IMG/VR virus record: IMGVR_UViG_3300036046_000003
Span: 8,428 to 72,427 of that record
DNA length: 64,000 nucleotides
DNA from: a virus
Reading direction: 5' to 3' (one strand)
Shown: one piece after another, positions 10,203-17,736 of the stretch
Numbering within the stretch: the stretch's first letter is position 1
Layout: each line of letters starts with the position of its first letter
Program-made: the position numbers and the translations under genes
Notes under the pieces: model-generated
Database searches by the model: none
What the model saw: the letters and a program-made list of their open reading frames with translations, nothing else
What the model was told of the DNA's origin: nothing

Positions 10203-11450
10203 GTGCGCAATAAAGGAGGGCGCTTGTTTACAGTAACCTACACCGGGCCGGGGGTTTACGGTATTCCTGGGATTGGAGAAGTGCTTCCAGGTCAGCAGTT
10301 TGCGGCTGCCCCAAATTTGCTACCTTGGCTAACCTCGAAACCCGATATTTTCTCTGTGGAAACCGACACCTACGCCACGTTAGCTGAAAAGCGCCTGGGC
10401 TACTTTGGCCCGGTTTCGGCGGCCTTTGGGTACGGTGGGGCGGGTATTACGATTTTGCGGGCACTTTCGTTGCTGGACTACGAAGCCCGCGTAGCGCCGC
10501 ACTACGCCGATAGCGCGCAATGGGGGGTTGTCAATACAACCGATCTACCTGCGGACGCGGCTATACAAATCGCACACCGGGATTGGCTGCCTGAACTTGA
10601 TATAGTTCATTGTTTGCCGGACGATCTGCCCCGCGCTAAGGCAAAGCGCCGCGTTATGTGGACGATGTTTGAAAGCGACCGCGTACCTGACGGCACTATT
10701 TCCGGCTTTGGCAACTGGCCGGAGCTTATTAACCGGGGTGCGGAGCGGCTAATCGTCCCCTGTCGGCACAACGCAGAGGCTTTTGCAAACGGCGGGGTCG
10801 AAGTCCCAATTACAGTAGTTCCTTACGGACTTGATACGGACGTATGGCCGTATATGGAGCGCCCCGAACGCGATACGTTTACGGTGGTGCTATTCGGAGA
10901 CCTGACCAATCGAAAAGGGCCGTTTGAGGCAGTAGAAGCGTTTCAATTGGCCTTTCCGAACGAGCGTAACGTCCGGCTTGTCTTGAAAACGCAGCACGGC
11001 GTACTTGGAAACCGTATGCGCGTAATCCCCACTTTCGCCGACACCCGCATTTCTGTGGTGTCTGAGACCTGGACGCGGGCACAGTTAAAAGCTTGGCTGT
11101 ACGACGCGGACTGCTTTATCTGGCCGAGCCGGGGGGAGGGTTGGGGGCTTTGCCCGCTCCAAGCAGCGCTTACCGGGCTTCCCCTAGTAACAACTACGCA
11201 TACGGGTATGGCCGAGTGGTACAACCCCCTTTACTTCTACGGGATTAAGGACTCCGGCACAAGCGAAAGTCCACTCGGCGGTCTTTGGTTTGAGCCGGAC
11301 GTAGAAGACGCAGCCTTTCAGTTGCGGTCGGTTTATGAAAATCGCAAGAAAGCGCTATCCAAAGCAAAACGCGGAGCCGCTTACGTCAGGAAAAACTTTA
11401 GCCTGGAAGCGTTCGCGAGGCGTTTAGGTTCGCTCCTCACAGAACTTTAA
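10203..11450 (+). CDS. Glycosyltransferase, GT4/GT-B family
   Basis: TMFESD, RKG, ADCFIWPSRGEGWGL..LQA...GLP. Confidence 0.88.
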   Translation: MRNKGGRLFTVTYTGPGVYGIPGIGEVLPGQQFAAAPNLLPWLTSKPDIFSVETDTYATLAEKRLGYFGPVSAAFGYGGAGITILRALSLLDYEARVAPHYADSAQWGVVNTTDLPADAAIQIAHRDWLPELDIVHCLPDDLPRAKAKRRVMWTMFESDRVPDGTISGFGNWPELINRGAERLIVPCRHNAEAFANGGVEVPITVVPYGLDTDVWPYMERPERDTFTVVLFGDLTNRKGPFEAVEAFQLAFPNERNVRLVLKTQHGVLGNRMRVIPTFADTRISVVSETWTRAQLKAWLYDADCFIWPSRGEGWGLCPLQAALTGLPLVTTTHTGMAEWYNPLYFYGIKDSGTSESPLGGLWFEPDVEDAAFQLRSVYENRKKALSKAKRGAAYVRKNFSLEAFARRLGSLLTEL

Positions 11451-11475
11451 AAGACGCTCTTTTGCTGGGGAACGT

Positions 11476-12084
11476 ATGAACGACCGGCTATCACTTCTTA
11501 TTGTCGCCCACAACGAAGAGGCGCTTCTAGCCGAAGCTATTCTGGCAGGGCGCGTGTACGCAAATGAAGTTGTAGTAGTAGTGCAACAGTCCAATGACCT
11601 TACCCTCAAAATCGCCTGCGAGCTGGCCGACACCGTGCTGGAACAGCCGAAAATGGGGGGCTGCGAGTTTAGCCGCAAAGCCGGAATTGAAGCCTGCCAG
11701 GGGGCCTGGGTATTGCAGCTAGACGCAGACGAGCGGCTAACCGACTACGGTCAGTCGCAGTTGCGAACCCTCCTGCGCGCCCCCAACACCGCTTATGCCC
11801 TGCGCCGCGTAACGACCGTAGACGGCCAGCTTATCGAGGACGCCTACCATCTGCGGCTACTTCGACCCGACCAATGGGACGGGGACTACTTGACGGTACA
11901 TCGCGCTCTTGGGGTAAACCACACCATTGAGGTAGGCACGGTGGGCGCTTTGCCAGTGATTGACCACCACAAAAGCGGCACGCGCCAGGCCGAGGCCGAC
12001 GAACGTTACCGCCGCTACGGCTATACACGAAGCGAGGCTCGCCCCGAGTGGGCAAATATCGCCTGGACGGTGCGGCATAAATAA
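11476..12084 (+). CDS. Glycosyltransferase, GT2/GT-A family
   Basis: LSLLIVAHNEE, WVLQLDADERL (DxD). Confidence 0.85.
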   Translation: MNDRLSLLIVAHNEEALLAEAILAGRVYANEVVVVVQQSNDLTLKIACELADTVLEQPKMGGCEFSRKAGIEACQGAWVLQLDADERLTDYGQSQLRTLLRAPNTAYALRRVTTVDGQLIEDAYHLRLLRPDQWDGDYLTVHRALGVNHTIEVGTVGALPVIDHHKSGTRQAEADERYRRYGYTRSEARPEWANIAWTVRHK

Positions 12085-12094
12085 GGAGGCTACT

Positions 12095-12343
12095 ATGGAG
12101 TTTGAAGGCATTACGGAGTATACCTACACCGAAGCAGACGTTCGCCGTCTGGACGCGACCTTTACCTATCACGAACCAAAGGGAGACCAGGCCCGCCGTT
12201 ACGCCTTACTTCGGGCCAGCGCTCGCGCCTTTGCAGAAGCGATGCTGACGTATTGTCCGCCCTCTAGGGAGCGTTCCCTTGCGCTTACCGAGTTGGAGAT
12301 TGCGCTGATGCAGGCAAACGCCGCCATTGCCCGAAACGAGTAA
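12095..12343 (+). CDS. Acb2/Tad1-like cyclic-nucleotide sponge family protein
   Basis: FTYH.P...Q..RY..LR...CP.SRERSLALT.LE...M.ANAAIAR; AAGGAGG RBS. Confidence 0.7.
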   Translation: MEFEGITEYTYTEADVRRLDATFTYHEPKGDQARRYALLRASARAFAEAMLTYCPPSRERSLALTELEIALMQANAAIARNE

Positions 12344-12346
12344 TGT

Positions 12347-12724
12347 ATGGCCGAGGTGAACCTTACAATTCAAACAAACGCAACGTTTGACCGGCTCTTC
12401 GTATGGACGAATACGGACGGGTCACGACGTTCGTTGGCGGGCTACAAAGCGCAAATGCAAGTGCGCAAAGCGCCCGGAAAAGCGCTGCTGCTTAACCTTA
12501 CTAGCGCAGGGGGCGCAATTAGGCTAGAGCAGGACGACCACCAAAATAGCGTGGTGGGTGTGTTTCGCGTCGTAATACCCGCTGCGCTGACTGCAAATAT
12601 ACTTTCCACCGGGCCTTTTCCGTACGACCTGCGTATATGGGCTGACAATTCGCTACAAGAGCCTGCGTACCGTTTGCTGGAAGGGCTAGTCACCTTCGAC
12701 GTAGGAGTGTCGATCAATGAGTGA
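12347..12724 (+). CDS. Virion fibre-anchor/baseplate-upper-like protein
   Basis: TF.R.F.W...L.GY.A.MQVR...YDL...LLEG pattern, upstream of collagen fibre. Confidence 0.6.
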   Translation: MAEVNLTIQTNATFDRLFVWTNTDGSRRSLAGYKAQMQVRKAPGKALLLNLTSAGGAIRLEQDDHQNSVVGVFRVVIPAALTANILSTGPFPYDLRIWADNSLQEPAYRLLEGLVTFDVGVSINE

Positions 12725-13610
12725 CCCGGTTATTGTAGTGGCCCCCCCGGCAACCGTTTTAGCTGTGTCCGGGCCAACAGGAGCACAAGGCCCTGCGGGG
12801 CCTGCTGGGGCCGTAGGGCCTGCCGGGGCTGTAGGGCCTGCTGGTGCCGTAGGGCCAACAGGAGCACAAGGCCCACAGGGAGAACCCGGCCCTGCGGGGC
12901 CTGCTGGGGCCGTAGGGCCAACAGGAGCACAAGGCCCACAGGGAGAACCCGGCCCTGCGGGGCCTGCTGGGGCTGTGGGGCCACAGGGAGAACCCGGCCC
13001 TGCGGGGCCTGCTGGGGCTGTGGGGCCACAGGGAGAACCCGGCCCTGCGGGGCCTGCCGGTCAAACAGTAGCTGCGGGTCGGGCGCGGGTGTCAGGAGAA
13101 AACGCGCACTTAGGTTTGCCCGGTATTTTGTTTACTGGCGTAGGGACGGTCACGCTGGCCGCCAACCGGCTTTTGTACGCCCCGCTTGTGTTGCAGCATT
13201 CGCTGACCATAGACCTGCTTAGCGTAGAGGTTACTACAGCCGGGGCTGCGGGGGCGCTCATTCGTCTAGGTTTGTACCAGGCGGATATAGACAACCAACC
13301 AACAGACCTTGTGCTGGACGCGGGGGAAGTGGACGGCGCAAGTGTCGGCGTAAAGACGATCAGCGTAAACATCTCTCTTTCTGTGGGGCGCTATTTATTG
13401 GTGCTTAACACCAACGCAACCCCTACGTTGCGCACTTTTCGTTCTGGTTCGCCCTTTGTGAATAGCGTGCTTGGCGCGACCCCGTTTTTCTCGGCGCTAC
13501 GTAGGTCGGGCACCACCTACGCGGTTTTTCCAGCTACCGGGGTCGGCTGGAACAACACGAGCGCGAGTAGCGTAGGTTTTGAACACTATATTCTTTTGCG
13601 GAGCCAATAA
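12717..13610 (+). CDS. Collagen-like fibre protein
   Basis: Long Gly-X-Y run ([18 protein letters not shown]) at ~12770-13060. Confidence 0.85.
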   Translation: MSDPVIVVAPPATVLAVSGPTGAQGPAGPAGAVGPAGAVGPAGAVGPTGAQGPQGEPGPAGPAGAVGPTGAQGPQGEPGPAGPAGAVGPQGEPGPAGPAGAVGPQGEPGPAGPAGQTVAAGRARVSGENAHLGLPGILFTGVGTVTLAANRLLYAPLVLQHSLTIDLLSVEVTTAGAAGALIRLGLYQADIDNQPTDLVLDAGEVDGASVGVKTISVNISLSVGRYLLVLNTNATPTLRTFRSGSPFVNSVLGATPFFSALRRSGTTYAVFPATGVGWNNTSASSVGFEHYILLRSQ

Positions 13611-14146
13611 TGTATACCTGGGAACAGTACAAACGCGCCGCGCTCGAATACGCCAAATTGCGCCCGCTGCTCGTTCCAACAACGTTCAGCCCCGCGCCAA
13701 ACGTCGTTTCGCCGCATTCATACCCGGCGGGAGTAATTGGGGTCGAATACCTTGATTATGGCTCCGAGTTTACGCTAATTGAGCTAATGGGCGCGCCGAG
13801 CGGCGAACAGGGCTGGGCGCGTCTTTCGGCGGGGCTGTACTTGACCCCGGCCCCAAGTACAACTACTCCAATTCGCGTAGTCTGGCAAAAGGCTCACGAG
13901 GCCGACGAGGTTCAAGAAACTTTTCCAACAATCCCTGACGTAGACCGCCCGTTGGTAGCCGACCTGGCGACAGCGCTGCAACTAGACGCCGAGGCAGACG
14001 AGATCGCCACAGGCCCGTTAACCTACAGCTTTGGGCAATCGGAAGTAGACCGCTCTAAGGCGCTGGCCGACCTACGAAGCCGAGCGGCGGCGTTGCGAGA
14101 GCGCGTACATCAAAAGCTTGGCGGCCCACTTGCTGTTTGGAGCTGA
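13610..14146 (+). CDS. Putative head-tail adaptor
   Basis: Position and size; TAATG coupling. Confidence 0.5.
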   Translation: MYTWEQYKRAALEYAKLRPLLVPTTFSPAPNVVSPHSYPAGVIGVEYLDYGSEFTLIELMGAPSGEQGWARLSAGLYLTPAPSTTTPIRVVWQKAHEADEVQETFPTIPDVDRPLVADLATALQLDAEADEIATGPLTYSFGQSEVDRSKALADLRSRAAALRERVHQKLGGPLAVWS

Positions 14147-14553
14147 GAATGCCCCCGTATCAAAATCAAGCACAATCAAGGCGCGCTTCGGATATGCGCC
14201 GTATTGTGGCCGACAATCCCGCGACGCTTACGCGCTACCGCAAGCACAGCCCCGACCAGTTTCGAGACGCAATTACGCTGGTGTACGGCCCGCTGACAGT
14301 AGCACTAGCCCCTTTTCGTGCCACTCGTATTCCGGGTGCGTTTGACGAAAAAGGCACGGGGGCCACCTCCGCCTTTGTGCTAGGCGGCGTAGATATTCCG
14401 CGTATCGTTAGAGACCCACAACTTAACGTAGACGTACCTACGTTGCAACTAGCAGACAGACTAACTGACGCGGACGGAAATACGTTTGAAGTTACATCGC
14501 CGCCTTTTTGGAGCGGCGGAGTGGTAGAGGCCAACCTAGAGCTTCGAGGCTGA
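14137..14553 (+). CDS. Putative head closure protein
   Basis: Synteny; DRL.D.DGNTFEV C-terminal pattern. Confidence 0.5.
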   Translation: MELRMPPYQNQAQSRRASDMRRIVADNPATLTRYRKHSPDQFRDAITLVYGPLTVALAPFRATRIPGAFDEKGTGATSAFVLGGVDIPRIVRDPQLNVDVPTLQLADRLTDADGNTFEVTSPPFWSGGVVEANLELRG

Positions 14554-14555
14554 TT

Positions 14556-15107
14556 ATGAAGTTTGCGGTCAGTTCGCGCTTTCAACAGCGTATCGCCGCC
14601 GCGAAGCTTGCTGTAGAAGCCGCCGCCGAAAAGGGAATGCAGACCGTGATTGAGCTGGCCGAGGAAGACGCACAAGCCCTAGCCGGTTGGAACGCGGCAG
14701 GGCCAGCTAGCGGCACCTATGGGGACGTTCAGTGGGAATGGGAAGTAACCGATACGGCGAGACGCAGTATTAGTGGCTATGTTGTGCCTAGACGGCGCTT
14801 AAACAGTATTTCGTCCAAAATAACGTATTCTACGCGCACCAATGTAAAAACGGGCTACAGCCGCCGCTTAGAACACCGTCACGAACTTGATACAGGGCTT
14901 GCAAAACCGCACAGTCAGGTACCTGGAAAGGTTATTGGCGTCCTAACGATGCCCGTCGCGTATGGCCCACACCTACAGAAGTGGGAGCGACAAGGGGGCG
15001 GTACCCCGGTGACGCTTGCCGTCTTTCGCGCTAATTGGGCCGCGCTGTACTTTCGCCTAATTGCGCTAGAGCTAGAACGCGCCTGCAAGCGCGCCTTGTC
15101 CTCATAG
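14556..15107 (+). CDS. Putative neck/tail completion protein
   Basis: Synteny; TDTARRSI...V.YGP.L pattern. Confidence 0.5.
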   Translation: MKFAVSSRFQQRIAAAKLAVEAAAEKGMQTVIELAEEDAQALAGWNAAGPASGTYGDVQWEWEVTDTARRSISGYVVPRRRLNSISSKITYSTRTNVKTGYSRRLEHRHELDTGLAKPHSQVPGKVIGVLTMPVAYGPHLQKWERQGGGTPVTLAVFRANWAALYFRLIALELERACKRALSS

Positions 15108-15144
15108 CGCGCAAAAAGGGCAATTCGGATACTAGGAGGGACGA

Positions 15145-15618
15145 ATGTATACCCCACAGCCCGGAGACGAGGGGCTGGGATTATTGTTAGTGGCGCTCCG
15201 CGACTACCTGGCCGCCGACGAGGCCATTCTTGAACTGTTGCCCGCACGCGAAAAGGGTATCGTAGCGGAGGGCTTTCTGACCAACGATACGCCCACGCCC
15301 TTTATTATGCCCACGGTTATTGGGGACGGTGAAAGCGCGTGGGGCGTAGACGCGCAATTGGTGCGTCTGCTCATTTACGCGGGCGACCGGGGGCGTGGCT
15401 ACAGTCGAATTGAGCGGCTGCTAAACCGAATACGGCGGCGTATCAATAACTCCCCCGCTGCGCAGGTCTTTTTTACGTTCCCTTCAACAGAGCCAATGCA
15501 TCTGCTTTCAATTGAAGTCAGCGGCTCTTCGGCCAGCGCCACACTGCCCGCGTGGCGCGCCGAGCTGCGTGGCCTCTTTGTATTTGCTCATCTGGCCGGT
15601 ATGCGTCATTCAGATTAA
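15145..15618 (+). CDS. Putative tail terminator
   Basis: Immediately upstream of the tail tube gene; GGAGG RBS. Confidence 0.55.
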   Translation: MYTPQPGDEGLGLLLVALRDYLAADEAILELLPAREKGIVAEGFLTNDTPTPFIMPTVIGDGESAWGVDAQLVRLLIYAGDRGRGYSRIERLLNRIRRRINNSPAAQVFFTFPSTEPMHLLSIEVSGSSASATLPAWRAELRGLFVFAHLAGMRHSD

Positions 15619-15662
15619 GCGGCGTAAACGTCGCTACTTAGTGTACAGAGGAGTTAGCTTCA

Positions 15663-16217
15663 ATGCCTTCGACCCGACAGCCGTATACTGGCTTTGGCAT
15701 CCGCCGCGTAGAAATTGCGCTTGCGCCCACCGCGCCCAACACAACCCCGGATTGGGTTCACGTACCTTCCGTGGAAAGCGCCGCGTTTAAAATGGACGTG
15801 GAAAAGGTCGATCAGTACGGCGACGATAAGCGCCAGGGGTCTTTCAATCACTCGCCCAAGGGTATGATCAATATCAAGGGCAATAAGCAGAGTATGCGCG
15901 TCTTCGAGCTGGTGAGCGGTAACGCCGTATCCAGCAGCGCAGGTAAAGAGATTATCGAGATTGGCACCGACGATGAGCTGATCCCGCCCCGGCTGATCGC
16001 CCGCACCTATACCCCTATCCGTAATGACGACGGAACGTCGGGTATGCAGATCGCGTATTTCTATAGCTGTGACGCAAAGACCACTTGGGACGGCGTTCCC
16101 GGCTCGGAGCGGGCAAAGCTGGCCGAGGTCTCTATTCAGCTTGATTGCTATCAGTCGGAAAAGGACGAGCGCGGGAACGCGCTCACAAGGCCCGCCTTTG
16201 GCCGCCTTGAAGTCTAG
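15663..16217 (+). CDS. Major tail (tube) protein
   Basis: 184 aa, FGI...YGDD motif, upstream of chaperone and tape measure. Confidence 0.75.
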   Translation: MPSTRQPYTGFGIRRVEIALAPTAPNTTPDWVHVPSVESAAFKMDVEKVDQYGDDKRQGSFNHSPKGMINIKGNKQSMRVFELVSGNAVSSSAGKEIIEIGTDDELIPPRLIARTYTPIRNDDGTSGMQIAYFYSCDAKTTWDGVPGSERAKLAEVSIQLDCYQSEKDERGNALTRPAFGRLEV

Positions 16218-16892
16218 TTCTGCACTAATTGCAGAACCTCACTGCGCGACACGCCCCTTCGCAAGTGCGAAGTAGAAGTACCCTACTCAGGTATACCCTT
16301 CTGGTTCTATCGCCGCTCCTGGGGCTTCCCAGGCCCCTTGTGGGGTCGCCTCGCCGGAACCCTTTACTTCCCGAAGTGGGCGTTGGAGGGAAAGAAGGTT
16401 CGGAATAAAGGGAACTGTACTAGCCTACACAACCCGAAGGGTCAGAGCGTGTCTTTGTGTTCTTCGGGCTTGTGTTGGGTAAACGAGGAGGGTTGTGAAA
16501 AGTATCACAACCCTATATATTTTCCGAGTTTCCCGCTTTGGGCCGCACAGGCCGACACTAGGCAGGGTAGGGGCAACACGTACAACTACGCGGGGCGCTA
16601 GCCGCGCCCCTGCACCCCCAGGCCCGTCTCGCTCCGCTCGACGGAAACGCTAACGCGTTTTCTAGAGGAGACATACTCCTACAACCCCACCTCCCTAAAG
16701 GCCCTCTTAGTATACCAGTTAAAAACAAGTTAGTGGGACAAAAAGAGGGGTGAAAGAGGGCAGTTTGGGGTACTTGTTTCGGTTTTGCCGCGTTCCAAAG
16801 CCAAACACACATTACAAAACTGTAATCGATTTTCTCATAAATCTCTTGACAAGGTTTTGGCGGAACGGGGCAACGTTCTGCATTTACTGCAC
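16218..16892 (+). repeat. Long non-coding repeat element, copy 1 (sub-module A inverted at ~16266-16347)
   Basis: ~16459-16854 is near-identical to ~23514-23909 and similar to the reverse complement of ~44583-45055. Confidence 0.95.
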
Positions 16893-16910
16893 ATCTCTTG
16901 AAAGGAGACA

Positions 16911-17384
16911 GTGATGAGCGACGCTACGCCAGGTCAGTCGGCTACGTTGGTGCCTTTGTTTGACCGAGTAACGATTGGCGATGAGACGTATACAATCGGA
17001 ACGTTCAGTCTGGCTCGTACCATTCGAGCCTTCGCGCTTTTGACGCAGCTGGCCGAAATTGCCGGACTAGGCAAAGAGCGGGACGAGCAGCAGCCGTCGT
17101 CCGTTTTCGGGGGAATTATTTCCGCGCTACCGACGCTGGTAAAGACGGGCACACCGGCCCTGTACAGTCTCCTGGGTCTGATTATCACACCAAACGTGCG
17201 CCTCCGAAAAATGGAGGAGGACGGGGAGGACGTAGACGAGTATTTGCTGCGCCAGGGGCGACGGCTTTCTCACGAGGCCAACACGCAGCAGTTCGTTCAG
17301 CTCTTGACGGCTGCGGTGAAGGCGATTGGCGTTGACACCGTTTTGGGGGAAGTAAGCGGCCTCCTAGCCGCCGTGAAGAGCTAG
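16911..17384 (+). CDS. Tail assembly chaperone (gpG-like)
   Basis: AAAGGAG RBS; between tail tube and tape measure; slippery GGGGGAA near 3' end. Confidence 0.75.
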   Translation: MMSDATPGQSATLVPLFDRVTIGDETYTIGTFSLARTIRAFALLTQLAEIAGLGKERDEQQPSSVFGGIISALPTLVKTGTPALYSLLGLIITPNVRLRKMEEDGEDVDEYLLRQGRRLSHEANTQQFVQLLTAAVKAIGVDTVLGEVSGLLAAVKS

Positions 17385-17674
17385 GAAGCGGCGGCCCGCT
17401 CGTGTGGTATCGCCTGATAGAGGTTTTAGCCGACGCATATGGGTGGACGTTTGATTATTGTCTCCACCGTTTGTCGTTTGCACAGGCAATTACCATACTG
17501 GACGCTCGCCACGAGCGGTTACGGCGCGCAAATGAGGCCGCCGAGCAAAGACAGCGCGAAAGCCAGCTAGACGGCTGGGAAGACCCGGCGAAGTACGCGG
17601 TTGACGAAGACGACGTGGAGAGCCTACCAACGCGGGACGATATACGCGCTACGTTGGCCGGACTGTTTGGCTAG
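17345..17674 (+). CDS. Tail chaperone -1 frameshift extension (gpGT-like)
   Basis: G GGG GAA at 17345-17351; -1 frame is open into ORF 17402..17674. Confidence 0.75.
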   Translation, partial: GGSKRPPSRREELGSGGPLVWYRLIEVLADAYGWTFDYCLHRLSFAQAITILDARHERLRRANEAAEQRQRESQLDGWEDPAKYAVDEDDVESLPTRDDIRATLAGLFG

Positions 17675-17677
17675 AAC

Positions 17678-17724
17678 AAAAAAAGCCCCTGCCCTGAAAA
17701 GGGGCGGGGGCTTCTTTTTATTTT
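17678..17724. terminator. Bidirectional intrinsic terminator just upstream of tape measure
   Basis: A run, GCCCCTGCCC-TGAAAA-GGGGCGGGGGC, T run. Confidence 0.65.
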
Positions 17725-17736
17725 CGGGAGGCGCAG

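Noticed and set aside
16338-16812. ORFs inside the long repeat element (16338..16601, 16558..16812, 23613..23963, 45042..45266)
   Set aside because: Not conserved as open frames across copies, lack RBS, and the internal ATG is lost in copy 3
16218-16892. IS element or MITE
   Set aside because: No transposase, terminal inverted repeats or target-site duplications; ends differ between copies
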